A stretch of 64,000 bases of DNA from Marinoscillum sp. (lineage in GTDB: Bacteria; Bacteroidota; Bacteroidia; Cytophagales; MED-G16), in assembly GCA_038134805.1 (NCBI GenBank), contig JAYPVV010000005.1, positions 10,752 to 74,751 on the forward strand. Reading direction: 5' to 3'. A program made the translations under genes and the position numbers. The notes below the pieces were generated by a model. The model saw only the letters and a program-made list of their open reading frames with translations. It was not told the origin of the DNA and did no database searches. How positions within the stretch are numbered: the stretch's first letter is position 1; each line of letters starts with the position of its first letter. Positions 30,589-40,927 of this stretch are shown piece by piece.

Positions 30589-30590
30589 AG

Positions 30591-31736
30591 ATGAAGTGTC
30601 AAAAAGAAAAATTCATATTTACAGGAAAAAAAACCTATCTAAACTGCGCATATATGTCCCCTATGCTTAAAAAAGTAGAAAAGGCAGGGGTCAGGGGGTT
30701 AAAAATGAAAAGAAAACCGTATAATATAATGCCAGAGGATTTTTATAAGGATGTAAGTGAATTAAAACGCTTATTCTCTCTTTTAATTAACGCAAAAGAT
30801 TCAGAAAGAATAGCTCTGTCTCCTTCAGTTTCTTATGGTATAGCTAATGTAACCAATAATATTTTTCTTAAATCAACAGATAATATAGTAATAACTGAGG
30901 GTCAATTTCCTAGTAATGTTTATCCTTGGGTTTCTTTAGCAAAAAAATATAATTCTAAACTGGTTTTCGCTAAAAAACCTAAAATTAATTCAAACCAAGG
31001 TGAGCTGTGGAATAAAAACATTTTAGATGCAATAAACAAAAACACTCGTGTGGTGTCCATAGGCCTACACCATTGGGCAGAAGGAACAAAGTTTGATATT
31101 GAAAGCATTAGAGAAAAGACAAAATCTGTTGGGTCGCTATTGATTATAGATGGAACCCAGTCTATTGGGGTTGTTCCTTTTGATGTTTCTCTGATTAAGC
31201 CAGACGCGCTAGTATGTGCTGGATATAAGTGGCTTATGGGCCCCTACGGAATAACATTGTCTTATTATGGTGAGTTTTTTGATAAGGGATTTCCTATAGA
31301 AGAAAGTTGGGTAAATAGAAAAAACAGTGTTGATTTTTCTGGGCTAATTAATTATCAAGATAAATATGAGGGTGTGTCAAATAGATATAGTGTTGGCCAA
31401 CAAAGTAACTTTATAAATATCTCTATGATGTCCGCGGCAATTAATCAAATAAACAACTGGGGGGTGGAAAACATTTATAATTATATTAATTCCATTACTA
31501 ATGATTTTTTTAATTTAGTTAACCGATCTAATTTTTGGGTTGAGAAAAAAGAGTATAGGTCTGCTCACCTTTTTGGTATAAAACCAAAAAAAAACAATCA
31601 AAATATTTTAAAAAACCTAAAAGAAAAAAATATTTACGTCTCTTTAAGGGGTGATAGCATTCGCGTCTCACCTTCTGTTTATAACAAGAAAGAAGATTTA
31701 ATGAGGTTGTTAAGCTGTCTAAATGAAAGTGTGTAA
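30591..31736 (+). CDS. Class V PLP-dependent aminotransferase-fold enzyme
   Basis: YLNCAYMSP, DGTQSIG, GYKWLMGPYG, IRVSP. Confidence 0.85.
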   Translation: MKCQKEKFIFTGKKTYLNCAYMSPMLKKVEKAGVRGLKMKRKPYNIMPEDFYKDVSELKRLFSLLINAKDSERIALSPSVSYGIANVTNNIFLKSTDNIVITEGQFPSNVYPWVSLAKKYNSKLVFAKKPKINSNQGELWNKNILDAINKNTRVVSIGLHHWAEGTKFDIESIREKTKSVGSLLIIDGTQSIGVVPFDVSLIKPDALVCAGYKWLMGPYGITLSYYGEFFDKGFPIEESWVNRKNSVDFSGLINYQDKYEGVSNRYSVGQQSNFINISMMSAAINQINNWGVENIYNYINSITNDFFNLVNRSNFWVEKKEYRSAHLFGIKPKKNNQNILKNLKEKNIYVSLRGDSIRVSPSVYNKKEDLMRLLSCLNESV

Positions 31737-34590
31737 TAAAATTGTTTTTTTTGTTTTTTTTGTTTTTTTAAAAAGCGTCTCTTTTGCTCAATACAATAAA
31801 AAAGAAGCCGCCCCTCCAAATATTGACTGGCTTAAAATTAAAAGTGAGAATTTTGTGTTTTATTTTCCAAAAGAGCTTGACTCTATTGCTCAACGATCTG
31901 TTAGTTTTTTAGAAAAAAACATACATAACATTAAGATAAACCCCTCAGATAAAATACGAAGAAGCAAAATAATTCTTCACAACCAAAACGTTATTCCTAA
32001 TGCTTTTGTCTCTTCCTCTCCAAGAAGAAGTGAGTTTTTTATCAACGCAAAAGCAGAATCTCCTCATTTTTTACACAACAACAGTTGGTCTGATTTAATT
32101 TCTACTCATGAATTTAGACACTTAGTTCAGAGGGAAGTTGGATATAACTCCTTTTTTAATAAAGCTGTTCATTATGTTTTTGGTGAAGGCTTGTCCTCGA
32201 TGTTAACACGAGCTGCTATGCCAAACTGGTATTGGGAGGGGGATGCTGTTTATTCAGAAACATCAACTGGTGATTTTGGAAGAGGGAGGGTTCCTGCTTT
32301 TCTTTTAACAACCCAAAACAATGTTCTCTCCGGAAGAAAAATAAGTTACGACAGACAAACCCTTGGAAGCTTTAAATACAAAACCCCAAACGAGTACGAA
32401 ACAGGATATCTAATGGTTAATTACTTAAATGAGTCATATGGAGAAGAAACTTATAATAACATAGTTGCTAATGCTCACAGAGGTTCGTACTTTCTAATGC
32501 CTTTTTATAGATCTCTTAAAAAAGAAACAAAAAAAAATTATAAAGAGATATACAAAGAAAGCTTAGTTAGGCTTCCTTCAAAAAAAACAAGTTTTTCATC
32601 AGATTATCTAAATGTTAGGAACAACTCTTCTTATTACAGTCTACTTTACCCAACAGAAATTTCTGGCGAAAGGGTTGTTGTTATTAGACAAGGGTATGGG
32701 AGTTATCAAGACTTTAGAATAATTGAAAAAACAGGAAGTGTCTCTTTGCTATTTACGCCTGGTGTAATAAATGATTTTGGAAGAATACCTAGCGCTAAGA
32801 ACACGATAGCTTGGTTAGAGTATGAGAAAGATCCTCGATGGGACAAGCGTGTGTACTCTAGAGTAAAGGTGTTAGATGTTAACACAAAAAAACTCTTAAA
32901 AACAAGCCTCCGTGGGTTTTTTTCTTCTGTCGATCTTTCTCCTGACGGAAACTTTTTGTTGGTATCGGTAAACAACTTAAACGGTTCTCAGTCTTTTGAA
33001 ATATACGAGCTTAAAACCCTTATAAAAAAACATAGTTGGAATTGGAATGAGGGGGTTGTTTCTTCATTAAAATATTCTAACGAAAACTCATTAATTGGAT
33101 TAAAAACAAAAAATGGGAAAAAAGAGGTGTTCTTATTTGATCTTAATTTAAAAAAAAACACAACTATTTATACAACCCATGAAAACATTGGCTGGCCTAA
33201 CATAATAAACAACTCTTTGTTTTTTTCCTCTGCAAAAGATGGATTCGAAGAAATTTTTGAATTTGATTTAAGTTCAAGAAAATTGTATTTATTAGAAGGC
33301 AAAAAGCTTGGAAGCTACTACCCAAACATCTCAAAAGACAACAAAAGTTTATATTATTCATCAATGGGGTTAAGTGGGTTTGATGTTTATCAAATCAAAA
33401 TAGGAGATATAAAAAAAACAGAAATAATGTTTAAAGAAAAAAACAAAATTAATGAGGTGGTTTTTGAGTTAGACAAAAACTACCAAACCCAAAAGGCAAA
33501 CATCGGCCTTAATATATTTCAACCTATCTCTTGGGGGATAAGCGACTTCGGGTTTTCTGAAAATGGGTTAGATGATATTACCCTTGGTTTAGAATCCGTT
33601 AATCTATTTGGTACGTTAATGTTTAGCGGGGGATATAAGATAGACACAAGGGAAAAAAAAAATAAGCGGTTTTTTAATTTAAGCTACCAAGGGCTATATC
33701 CTGTTTTTGACCTTTCTTTTTCATCTTCTAAAGATTTTTTTTACCAGGATATAATTATATCTAGGAATGGTGGTGTTTTAGACACAATTAAGGGCGCCGA
33801 CATAAACTATAAAACAAATGAGTTTTCGTCAAACGTTAAAATCCCTCTTTCTTATTCTAATGGAAAATATTTTTCATCATTTGTGGGCTCACTTGGGGTT
33901 TCGGTAGAAAGATTTAAAGATTTTTATACCACCACTTTAAGCAGTGAGTCAGGAAGGTTTCCTCTGAAAACAGCAAGAGATAAAAAAACGTTTGTTTCTT
34001 CTTCTATAATTTATTCAAGAAAACACAAAAAATCGAGCAGACAAGTCTATAACCCATACGAGCAGTCAATGCTTCTTGAGGGGTTAAAAACTATAGGATC
34101 TAGTAATTTTGTGGGTGCTTATGTTAGGTCGGATCTTTACTTAGCTTTTCCTGGGATTAAAAACCTTCACTCAACGCGGCTAAAGTTTAGAGCTGAAGCT
34201 CAAGATATTAAAGATTATATTTTTAAAAAAAACATAACTTTTATTTATGGGTATGATAATGTATTTAACTTCTCTAAATTTTATGGTTGGGGGGTTGAGT
34301 ATGAGCTTCCTTTAATGTATCCCGATTTATCTTTGGGGCCAATTGTTTTTATAAAAAGGGTTCGTGGGTATGGTTTTGTAAACGGCGGGATAATAAGAGG
34401 GGCTGATTTGGGGAGCGAGAAGGTAAGGGATACTCCAAAAAGTTTAGGCTTTGGGTTTAATTTTGATATTAACCTATTTAGACAAAACTTTTTGTTCAAC
34501 GCGGGGGTCCGCTATTCTTATGTTGTTGACTCTCCCTACTCTATTGATAAATCTAAAATTGAAATTCGCTTAGGAAGTATTTCGTTTTAA
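31723..34590 (+). CDS. Large exported/outer-membrane protein: HExxH peptidase-like domain + TolB-like propeller + putative Omp85-like barrel
   Basis: Signal SFA|Q; HEFRH..WYWEGDA; SPDGN/SKDNK propeller repeats; C-terminal amphipathic strands ending in Phe. Confidence 0.65.
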   Translation: MKVCNKIVFFVFFVFLKSVSFAQYNKKEAAPPNIDWLKIKSENFVFYFPKELDSIAQRSVSFLEKNIHNIKINPSDKIRRSKIILHNQNVIPNAFVSSSPRRSEFFINAKAESPHFLHNNSWSDLISTHEFRHLVQREVGYNSFFNKAVHYVFGEGLSSMLTRAAMPNWYWEGDAVYSETSTGDFGRGRVPAFLLTTQNNVLSGRKISYDRQTLGSFKYKTPNEYETGYLMVNYLNESYGEETYNNIVANAHRGSYFLMPFYRSLKKETKKNYKEIYKESLVRLPSKKTSFSSDYLNVRNNSSYYSLLYPTEISGERVVVIRQGYGSYQDFRIIEKTGSVSLLFTPGVINDFGRIPSAKNTIAWLEYEKDPRWDKRVYSRVKVLDVNTKKLLKTSLRGFFSSVDLSPDGNFLLVSVNNLNGSQSFEIYELKTLIKKHSWNWNEGVVSSLKYSNENSLIGLKTKNGKKEVFLFDLNLKKNTTIYTTHENIGWPNIINNSLFFSSAKDGFEEIFEFDLSSRKLYLLEGKKLGSYYPNISKDNKSLYYSSMGLSGFDVYQIKIGDIKKTEIMFKEKNKINEVVFELDKNYQTQKANIGLNIFQPISWGISDFGFSENGLDDITLGLESVNLFGTLMFSGGYKIDTREKKNKRFFNLSYQGLYPVFDLSFSSSKDFFYQDIIISRNGGVLDTIKGADINYKTNEFSSNVKIPLSYSNGKYFSSFVGSLGVSVERFKDFYTTTLSSESGRFPLKTARDKKTFVSSSIIYSRKHKKSSRQVYNPYEQSMLLEGLKTIGSSNFVGAYVRSDLYLAFPGIKNLHSTRLKFRAEAQDIKDYIFKKNITFIYGYDNVFNFSKFYGWGVEYELPLMYPDLSLGPIVFIKRVRGYGFVNGGIIRGADLGSEKVRDTPKSLGFGFNFDINLFRQNFLFNAGVRYSYVVDSPYSIDKSKIEIRLGSISF

Positions 34591-34635
34591 AATTTTTAAT
34601 ATAAAAATTAATCTGTACTTTCGAAAAAAAAAAAT

Positions 34636-34761
34636 ATGTTTCCTACAAATCCCGCTATAACTGATGGTGTTGAAATCTTTGTTTGGGTTGTTGTTGTTCT
34701 TATTAGTTTTGTTGGCGCTGTTTCAATAGTTGACTCTAGAAGCATCAAGAAAAAAGACTAA
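34636..34761 (+). CDS. Unannotated 41-aa single-TM microprotein MFPTNPAITDGVEIFVWVVVVLISFVGAVSIVDSRSIKKKD
   Basis: Read from the sequence; hydrophobic helix plus basic tail; A-rich leader and TACTTTCG -7-like element at 34616-34623. Confidence 0.65.
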   Translation: MFPTNPAITDGVEIFVWVVVVLISFVGAVSIVDSRSIKKKD

Positions 34762-34865
34762 ACTTCTGAGTCTTTTTTGTGGTTACTCACTTTACTGTTA
34801 GGAACAAAAACAGAACAAAGTATCGCCGAAACAAATAACACTAAAATTAAAGTTAACATTTCCAT
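34758..34865 (-). CDS. Unannotated 35-aa single-TM microprotein MEMLTLILVLFVSAILCSVFVPNSKVSNHKKDSEV
   Basis: Read from the sequence; perfect TATATTTG -7 element at 34882-34889 (minus strand) and A-rich leader; stop overlaps the partner's stop by 4 nt. Confidence 0.65.
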   Translation of the reverse strand: MEMLTLILVLFVSAILCSVFVPNSKVSNHKKDSEV

Positions 34866-34977
34866 TTTTTCTCTTTTTTTGCAAATATAATTAAGGGCTG
34901 ATAATTAAACATTTCTGATTTAAACTTTTTGTAAAGACAACAGGTACTTATTCGTTTTTTTTTATTTAAAATTGTTC

Positions 34978-35394
34978 ATGAGTAAACCATTCCATTTAGC
35001 TTTTCCAATAAATGATATTGAAGAAACTAAACAATTTTATATAAAACACTTTGGTTGTAGGATTGGACGAGAAGATAAAAAGTGGGTGGATTTTGATTTT
35101 TTTGGCCACCAACTTTCGGCTCATGTTAAGCCTGAAGAATTAAAAAAAACAGAAAAAAATATTGTCGATGGTAAAGATGTTCCTGTTAGACATTTTGGTG
35201 TTGTTCTTCCTTGGGACGAGTGGCAACTTCTTTCTAAGAAACTTATAGATGATAATATTTCGTTTGTGATTGATCCTTATATTAGATTTAAAGGTGAGGT
35301 TGGAGAGCAAGCAACAATGTTTTTTTTAGACCCAAGCGGGAACGCTTTAGAGTTCAAATCTTTTAAGAATCAAGAAAGTTTATTTGCTAAATAA
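34978..35394 (+). CDS. VOC/glyoxalase superfamily protein
   Basis: [32 protein letters not shown]; start ATG 34978. Confidence 0.88.
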   Translation: MSKPFHLAFPINDIEETKQFYIKHFGCRIGREDKKWVDFDFFGHQLSAHVKPEELKKTEKNIVDGKDVPVRHFGVVLPWDEWQLLSKKLIDDNISFVIDPYIRFKGEVGEQATMFFLDPSGNALEFKSFKNQESLFAK

Positions 35395-35397
35395 AAA

Positions 35398-36144
35398 CTA
35401 ACGCAAATAACTTCCAGCGTTAATGTCGATAGTCGATCCTGTACTATGATCCATTTTCCCTGAAACCATTAGAGAGATAGTGGGAGAAATATCTTTTGGC
35501 TCTGTAAGCTGATCTAGTTTTAGCCCCTTTTTCACTAGCTCTTCTCCGTTTTTTTCAATAAATGTTTTTGCCATATCGGTATTAACAAAACCCGGCGCAA
35601 TACTAAATGCAACTATATTATCTTTTAAGCCGAATGATCGGGTGATGGTTTTTGTTAAAGAAATCAACCCCCCTTTTGAACACGCGTATGAAATAAAATC
35701 TTCAACCTCACCCCTAAAAGCTGCTCTTGAAGCCACATTAATTATTCTAAACCTTTTATGGATTTTATCTTCTCTTTTTTTTAATATAAAGCTTTTACAA
35801 ATAAGAGCTGGTGATTTTAGGTTGATGTTAATTGTTTTATCAAAATCTGAACTCCATTCTGAATAGTTTTTTTCAATCGGTGACGATTCTGCTATCCCCG
35901 CGTTATTAATAACAACGTCAGGAAAACCAAAAAAATGTAGAGTTTTGTTATATAAATCCAAGACAGCTTCTGGGTTAGACAAATCTGCTGAAATGATTTT
36001 TGAGGTGTTGTTGTTTTTTAGAAGTTGTTTTAAATTTTCAGCACCAGAATTGCAATGTAAAACCATTTCGTGGCCTTCTTTAAGTAGGTCAATTGCTATT
36101 TGTTTGCCTATGCCTCTTGAAGCCCCTGTTAATAATATTTTCAT
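35398..36144 (-). CDS. Short-chain dehydrogenase/reductase
   Basis: TGASRGIG, NNAGI, YACSK, IAPGFVNT. Confidence 0.92.
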   Translation of the reverse strand: MKILLTGASRGIGKQIAIDLLKEGHEMVLHCNSGAENLKQLLKNNNTSKIISADLSNPEAVLDLYNKTLHFFGFPDVVINNAGIAESSPIEKNYSEWSSDFDKTININLKSPALICKSFILKKREDKIHKRFRIINVASRAAFRGEVEDFISYACSKGGLISLTKTITRSFGLKDNIVAFSIAPGFVNTDMAKTFIEKNGEELVKKGLKLDQLTEPKDISPTISLMVSGKMDHSTGSTIDINAGSYLR

Positions 36145-36212
36145 TTTGTTAACTATTTTAACAAAATTATTGTTTTTTGAAAACTAATTTTCAATGATTG
36201 AGTTAAAATACC

Positions 36213-39200
36213 ATGGTTAATGCAGAAATTGTTAAAGCTTATAAAGAAAAAGTCAAAACAATTGAGCTGCATTCTTTAATAAAAAAAAACAAACAGTTTT
36301 TTATTTCTGGTTTGTCGGGAAGTTTAAATGTAATCGTTCCGCTTTCTGTTTCAAGCTTGGACTCAAACAATCATTGTTTTGTGTTGTCAGACAAAGACTC
36401 CGCGCTTTCGTTTTATAGCGGACTATGTGAGTTTTTAGCAAAAGAAAAAATATTTTTTTTCCCTTATTCGTTTATTGAGCCTTATGATGATGTGTTGATC
36501 AACAACGCAAATGTTGTTATGAGGACAGAAACAATACAATCTATAGAAACCTTTAATGATGAAAAAATATATATCGTAACATACCCAGAAGGATTATTTG
36601 AGTTGTATCCAAAGGAAAGGGTTTCAAAAAAACACAAAATTATACTTAAAAAAAATCAATCTCTTCAACTTGACGCGCTTATAGAAAAAATCACCGAGGA
36701 AGGATTTATAAAAAACGATTATGTTACTGAGCCTGGTGATTTTTCTCTGAGAGGAAATATTCTTGATATATATTCTTTCTCAAATAATAAACCCATAAGA
36801 ATCGAGTTGGATGGTGATATTATTGAAAGAATAAAAGTTTTTGATGTTGAGTCTCAACTTACTATTTCAGAGCTAATAGAGGTTAGTGTTGTTTTTGCTG
36901 GACAAACAAAAAAATCTTCTGATGAAAGTTATTTATCTCTGTTTGAGTATTTTAAAGATGAGTGGACTCTGTGGTTTGACGACATAAATTTATCCGCTAA
37001 CATTATTGATAAAAAATACAAAAAAGCTCAAGAAACGTATGGAAAAAATATAGAAAAGGGTGGAGTTTTTCTTAAACTTTCTCCAGAAAAGATTTTTTTT
37101 GACAAAAGCGCTTTTTTAAAAAAAACAAAAGCCTTTAAAACCATTGAATTTTTTGCATCAGGGCATCCAAAAAAAATACCAGGAATTAAATATAACTCTT
37201 CACCCCAACCAAAATTCAACAAAAGCCTTTCTTTGTTGGCTGATGACCTAAAAAAACTTATTCTTGAAGAATATTCTGTCTTTATTTCATTTCAGTCTGA
37301 AGAACAATCAGAACGGTTAGCGTTATATTTTGATTCAATTGGTTTTAACCTGGAATACTCCTCTATAATAACCAAACTAAGCCACGGGTTTGTTGATCAT
37401 GAAAATAAACTTGTTTATTATACTGATCATGAAATTTTTAATAGGTTTTTTAAACATGCTTTTGTCCCTAATATATCCAAAAAACAAAAAAACGCAATTA
37501 AAAACAAATCTGAACTTGAAATCGGAGATTATGTTGTACATATAGACTATGGTGTAGGTCGGTTTGTGGGAATGGAAAGAATGATTGTTTCTGGCACTGA
37601 AAGGGAGGTTGTTCGTTTGGTTTATAAAAACAACGATGTTGTTCTTTTAAACATAAACTCTCTTCATAAAATAGCTAAATATTCTGGTTCTGGGGGCGCG
37701 CCTCATTTAAGCAATCTGAACACGCAAGAGTGGGTTAATAAAAAAAAGAAAATTAAATCTAAAATAGCAGACATGGCAAAAGATTTGATTCATCTTTATT
37801 TAAAAAGAAGAGAGGCTATAGGGTTTACTTTTGAAAAAGATTCTTTTTTACAGATAGAATTAGAGTCCTCTTTTTTATATCAAGATACTCCTGACCAAAC
37901 AAAAACAACACAAGATGTTAAAAAAGATATGGAAAGCTCTTACCCTATGGATAGGTTGGTGTGTGGTGATGTTGGTTTTGGAAAAACAGAAATTGCAATT
38001 AGAGCCGCTTTCAAGGCGATTTGCTCAAACAAACAAGTTTTAATTTTAGTTCCAACAACAATTTTAGCATACCAACACTATAACACTTTTAAAAAAAGAT
38101 TAGAAAACTTTCCTGTGTCTGTAGATTATTTATCAAGATTTCGATCAACGAAAGAAAAAAAACAGACTCTTAATAAACTAGCGATTGGTGAATTGGATAT
38201 TATTATAGGAACACACTCTGTTTTAAGTAAAAATGTTATATTTAAAAATCTAGGGCTTTTAATTGTCGACGAGGAGCAAAAATTTGGTGTAGCCCTAAAA
38301 GAAAAAATTAAAAAACAAAAGCTTAACCTTGATTGTTTAACCCTAACCGCCACACCAATTCCAAGAACACTACACTTCTCATTAATAGGGGTAAGAGACA
38401 TTAGTATAATTAGAACGCCGCCCGTTAATAGACAAGCGGTTCACACGGAGGTTTTAACTTTTAGTGAAAAAGACATTAGAGATATTATCAACAACGAGAT
38501 GAGTCGTTTTGGTCAGGTGTTTTTTGTTCACAATAGAGTAGAAAATATTTATGAAATAGCTAACATTATTCAAAAACTGATTCCAAATGCTAAAGTTGCG
38601 GTAGCTCACGGTCAGCAAAAAGGAGACACGTTAGAAAAAACAATTTTGGGTTTTATAGAGGGTCGGTTTGATGTTTTGGTGTCAACAAACATAATTGAGT
38701 CTGGTCTTGATATTCCAAACGCGAACACAATTATAATTAACCAAGCTCATATGTTTGGGTTGTCTGATCTTCACCAAATGAGGGGGCGCGTGGGGAGGTC
38801 AAATAAAAAAGCGTTTTGTCGTTTGCTGGTGCCATCAACCTCTAACCTAAATATAGATGCAAAAAAAAGACTGATGGCTTTAGAAGAGTTTTCAAATCTA
38901 GGAGACGGATTAAACATTGCGCTTAAAGACCTAGATATTAGGGGCGCAGGAAACCTTTTGGGTGGAGAGCAGAGTGGTTTTATTAACGATTTGGGGTTTG
39001 AAACATATAATAAAATATTAGACGAAGCGCTAAATGAGGTTGACCTTCCTGAAAAAAACAACAAAATAATAGAGTTTTCTTTTGGTGATTGTTTGGTTGA
39101 TTTATACGAAAAAGCTTTTATCCCAGAAGAATATGTTTCAAACTCAACAGAAAGGCTCAGGCTATATGGTTTTATTGAAGAAAAAACAAAAAAAGGAGAG

Positions 39201-39542
39201 CTTAATGATATTCTTCATGTTTTTGAGGATCGATTTGGTTCGCCCCCTAAGGAATTGCTAACCCTTTTATCTGTCATGAAAATTAAAAAAATAGGCTCTT
39301 CTATTGGTGTTGATAAAATTCAAATTAAAGAAACACAGGTTGTTTTTACTTTTATTAATGGAGAAAAAAAAGCAGAAAAAAAACAATCCTCTTTTCTTTT
39401 CTTGCTGAACGAGCTAAATAAAAAAGTGGGGCAAACAAAAATAAAAGAGAGGGGTAGCCAGATTTCTATAAGTGTAAAAAACCTTTCTTCGGCTAGTGAT
39501 GTTGAGGATTTTCTTAATAAATTAAGTAAAAAAACACAATAA
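36213..39542 (+). CDS. mfd: Transcription-repair coupling factor
   Basis: UvrB-like N-terminus, CarD/RID (GDYVVHIDYGVG), CGDVGFGKTE, DEEQKFGV, HQMRGRVGRS, TRCF C-terminus. Confidence 0.97.
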   Translation: MVNAEIVKAYKEKVKTIELHSLIKKNKQFFISGLSGSLNVIVPLSVSSLDSNNHCFVLSDKDSALSFYSGLCEFLAKEKIFFFPYSFIEPYDDVLINNANVVMRTETIQSIETFNDEKIYIVTYPEGLFELYPKERVSKKHKIILKKNQSLQLDALIEKITEEGFIKNDYVTEPGDFSLRGNILDIYSFSNNKPIRIELDGDIIERIKVFDVESQLTISELIEVSVVFAGQTKKSSDESYLSLFEYFKDEWTLWFDDINLSANIIDKKYKKAQETYGKNIEKGGVFLKLSPEKIFFDKSAFLKKTKAFKTIEFFASGHPKKIPGIKYNSSPQPKFNKSLSLLADDLKKLILEEYSVFISFQSEEQSERLALYFDSIGFNLEYSSIITKLSHGFVDHENKLVYYTDHEIFNRFFKHAFVPNISKKQKNAIKNKSELEIGDYVVHIDYGVGRFVGMERMIVSGTEREVVRLVYKNNDVVLLNINSLHKIAKYSGSGGAPHLSNLNTQEWVNKKKKIKSKIADMAKDLIHLYLKRREAIGFTFEKDSFLQIELESSFLYQDTPDQTKTTQDVKKDMESSYPMDRLVCGDVGFGKTEIAIRAAFKAICSNKQVLILVPTTILAYQHYNTFKKRLENFPVSVDYLSRFRSTKEKKQTLNKLAIGELDIIIGTHSVLSKNVIFKNLGLLIVDEEQKFGVALKEKIKKQKLNLDCLTLTATPIPRTLHFSLIGVRDISIIRTPPVNRQAVHTEVLTFSEKDIRDIINNEMSRFGQVFFVHNRVENIYEIANIIQKLIPNAKVAVAHGQQKGDTLEKTILGFIEGRFDVLVSTNIIESGLDIPNANTIIINQAHMFGLSDLHQMRGRVGRSNKKAFCRLLVPSTSNLNIDAKKRLMALEEFSNLGDGLNIALKDLDIRGAGNLLGGEQSGFINDLGFETYNKILDEALNEVDLPEKNNKIIEFSFGDCLVDLYEKAFIPEEYVSNSTERLRLYGFIEEKTKKGELNDILHVFEDRFGSPPKELLTLLSVMKIKKIGSSIGVDKIQIKETQVVFTFINGEKKAEKKQSSFLFLLNELNKKVGQTKIKERGSQISISVKNLSSASDVEDFLNKLSKKTQ

Positions 39543-39618
39543 GGTTTTACTTTACGTGTTATTTGTTATTAAAAAATGATTTTTTTGTATTTTTGTGAAT
39601 AAAAATTAATTAACAAAA

Positions 39619-40836
39619 GTGATAAGAAACCTAACGTCTTTCGTTGTTCTTGTTTTTATAGCTACAGGGTGCTCTATTCTTCCTTTTGGAAACTCAAACC
39701 CTAACGCAAGAAACCCTGGGTCCATAAGCACAACAACCAACCTTGAATATTTTTCGGATGCTTATGCTGAAGAGGAGGAAGAGGGGTTTGTTGTGGCTGA
39801 TTTTGGTGGACAACCACCGGGGCCTAACCAAGTGCTTGTTCAGGGTGGCAGAGCTGTTCTTGGAACATTCGAAGAAGATGTTTTTTACACTCATGATAAT
39901 GTAGAGAGAACGGTTACCGTTCAATCGTTTTTCCTTGATCAAACAGAGATTGCGAACATACATTGGCTTGAGTATCTTCATTACATCCAAAGAGATTCGA
40001 GTGAAACATATTACTTAAGCGCTTTACCCGACACAACGGTTTGGGAAAAAGAGTTAGCTTTTAACACTCCATACGTTAGTAATTATTTAAGATACCCTGG
40101 TTTTAGATACTACCCCGTCGTTGGCGTTAGTTGGAATCAGGCTGTAGATTATTGTAGGTGGAGAACTGAGGCTGTAAACAAACAGAGGGCTATGGAGTAT
40201 TATGGTGAAGATTATATTGAAGGGGACATACCACCTGTTGAATCTGGCATTTATCTTCCTGAGTTCAGGCTTCCAACTGAAGCCGAGTGGGAATACGCGG
40301 CATATGGTCAAGTCGGCGATCAGTGGCTCGATGAAATGCAAACAGAAAGAAGGTTATACCCTTGGGACGGAAGAACAATAAGAAGCTCTAGAAGAGGAAG
40401 CGTTGGTAAGTTTCAAGCAAACTTTAAAAGAGGAAGAGGGGATTACGCTGGAATTGCTGGAGCCTTAAATGATGCTGGGTTTGTAACCATGAATATTTAT
40501 GAGTACGCACCTAATGATTTTGGATTATATAACATGGCGGGAAATGTTAATGAATGGGTTTATGACATTTATAGGCCTCTAAACTTTCAAGACATGGAAG
40601 ATTTAAACCCTATAAGAAAAAGCGATTATCTAGATTCTGAAGAAAGTTACGACTCAGACAATTTTAATTCTATGGTAAGCAATAAATCAAGAGTTTATAA
40701 AGGAGGGTCTTGGGCAGACGGAGCTATGTGGCTATCTCCAGGAACAAGAAGGTTCCTTGATCAAGACTCTTCATCTGCAACAATTGGTTTTAGATGTGCA
40801 ACAACCGCGCTCGGCACCGCAGGAAACTGGAATTAA
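39619..40836 (+). CDS. gldJ: Gliding motility lipoprotein GldJ (FGE-sulfatase fold)
   Basis: Lipobox ATGC; YPVVGVSW.QA, RLPTEAEWEYAA, NFKRGRGDY, GLYNMAGNV.EWV; GldK is the alternative call. Confidence 0.78.
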   Translation: MIRNLTSFVVLVFIATGCSILPFGNSNPNARNPGSISTTTNLEYFSDAYAEEEEEGFVVADFGGQPPGPNQVLVQGGRAVLGTFEEDVFYTHDNVERTVTVQSFFLDQTEIANIHWLEYLHYIQRDSSETYYLSALPDTTVWEKELAFNTPYVSNYLRYPGFRYYPVVGVSWNQAVDYCRWRTEAVNKQRAMEYYGEDYIEGDIPPVESGIYLPEFRLPTEAEWEYAAYGQVGDQWLDEMQTERRLYPWDGRTIRSSRRGSVGKFQANFKRGRGDYAGIAGALNDAGFVTMNIYEYAPNDFGLYNMAGNVNEWVYDIYRPLNFQDMEDLNPIRKSDYLDSEESYDSDNFNSMVSNKSRVYKGGSWADGAMWLSPGTRRFLDQDSSSATIGFRCATTALGTAGNWN

Positions 40837-40927
40837 ACATTTATTAAACCAATACAATTCTATTTTCGTATAATAACACACTAAAACAAATGCTGGTAAT
40901 ATTTTAGTTTTTTTATACGATAACGTT

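Noticed and set aside
39619-40836. Formylglycine-generating enzyme / DGR target
   Set aside because: Lacks the FGE catalytic Cys pair; no reverse transcriptase or TR/VR repeat seen; lipoprotein features match GldJ/K
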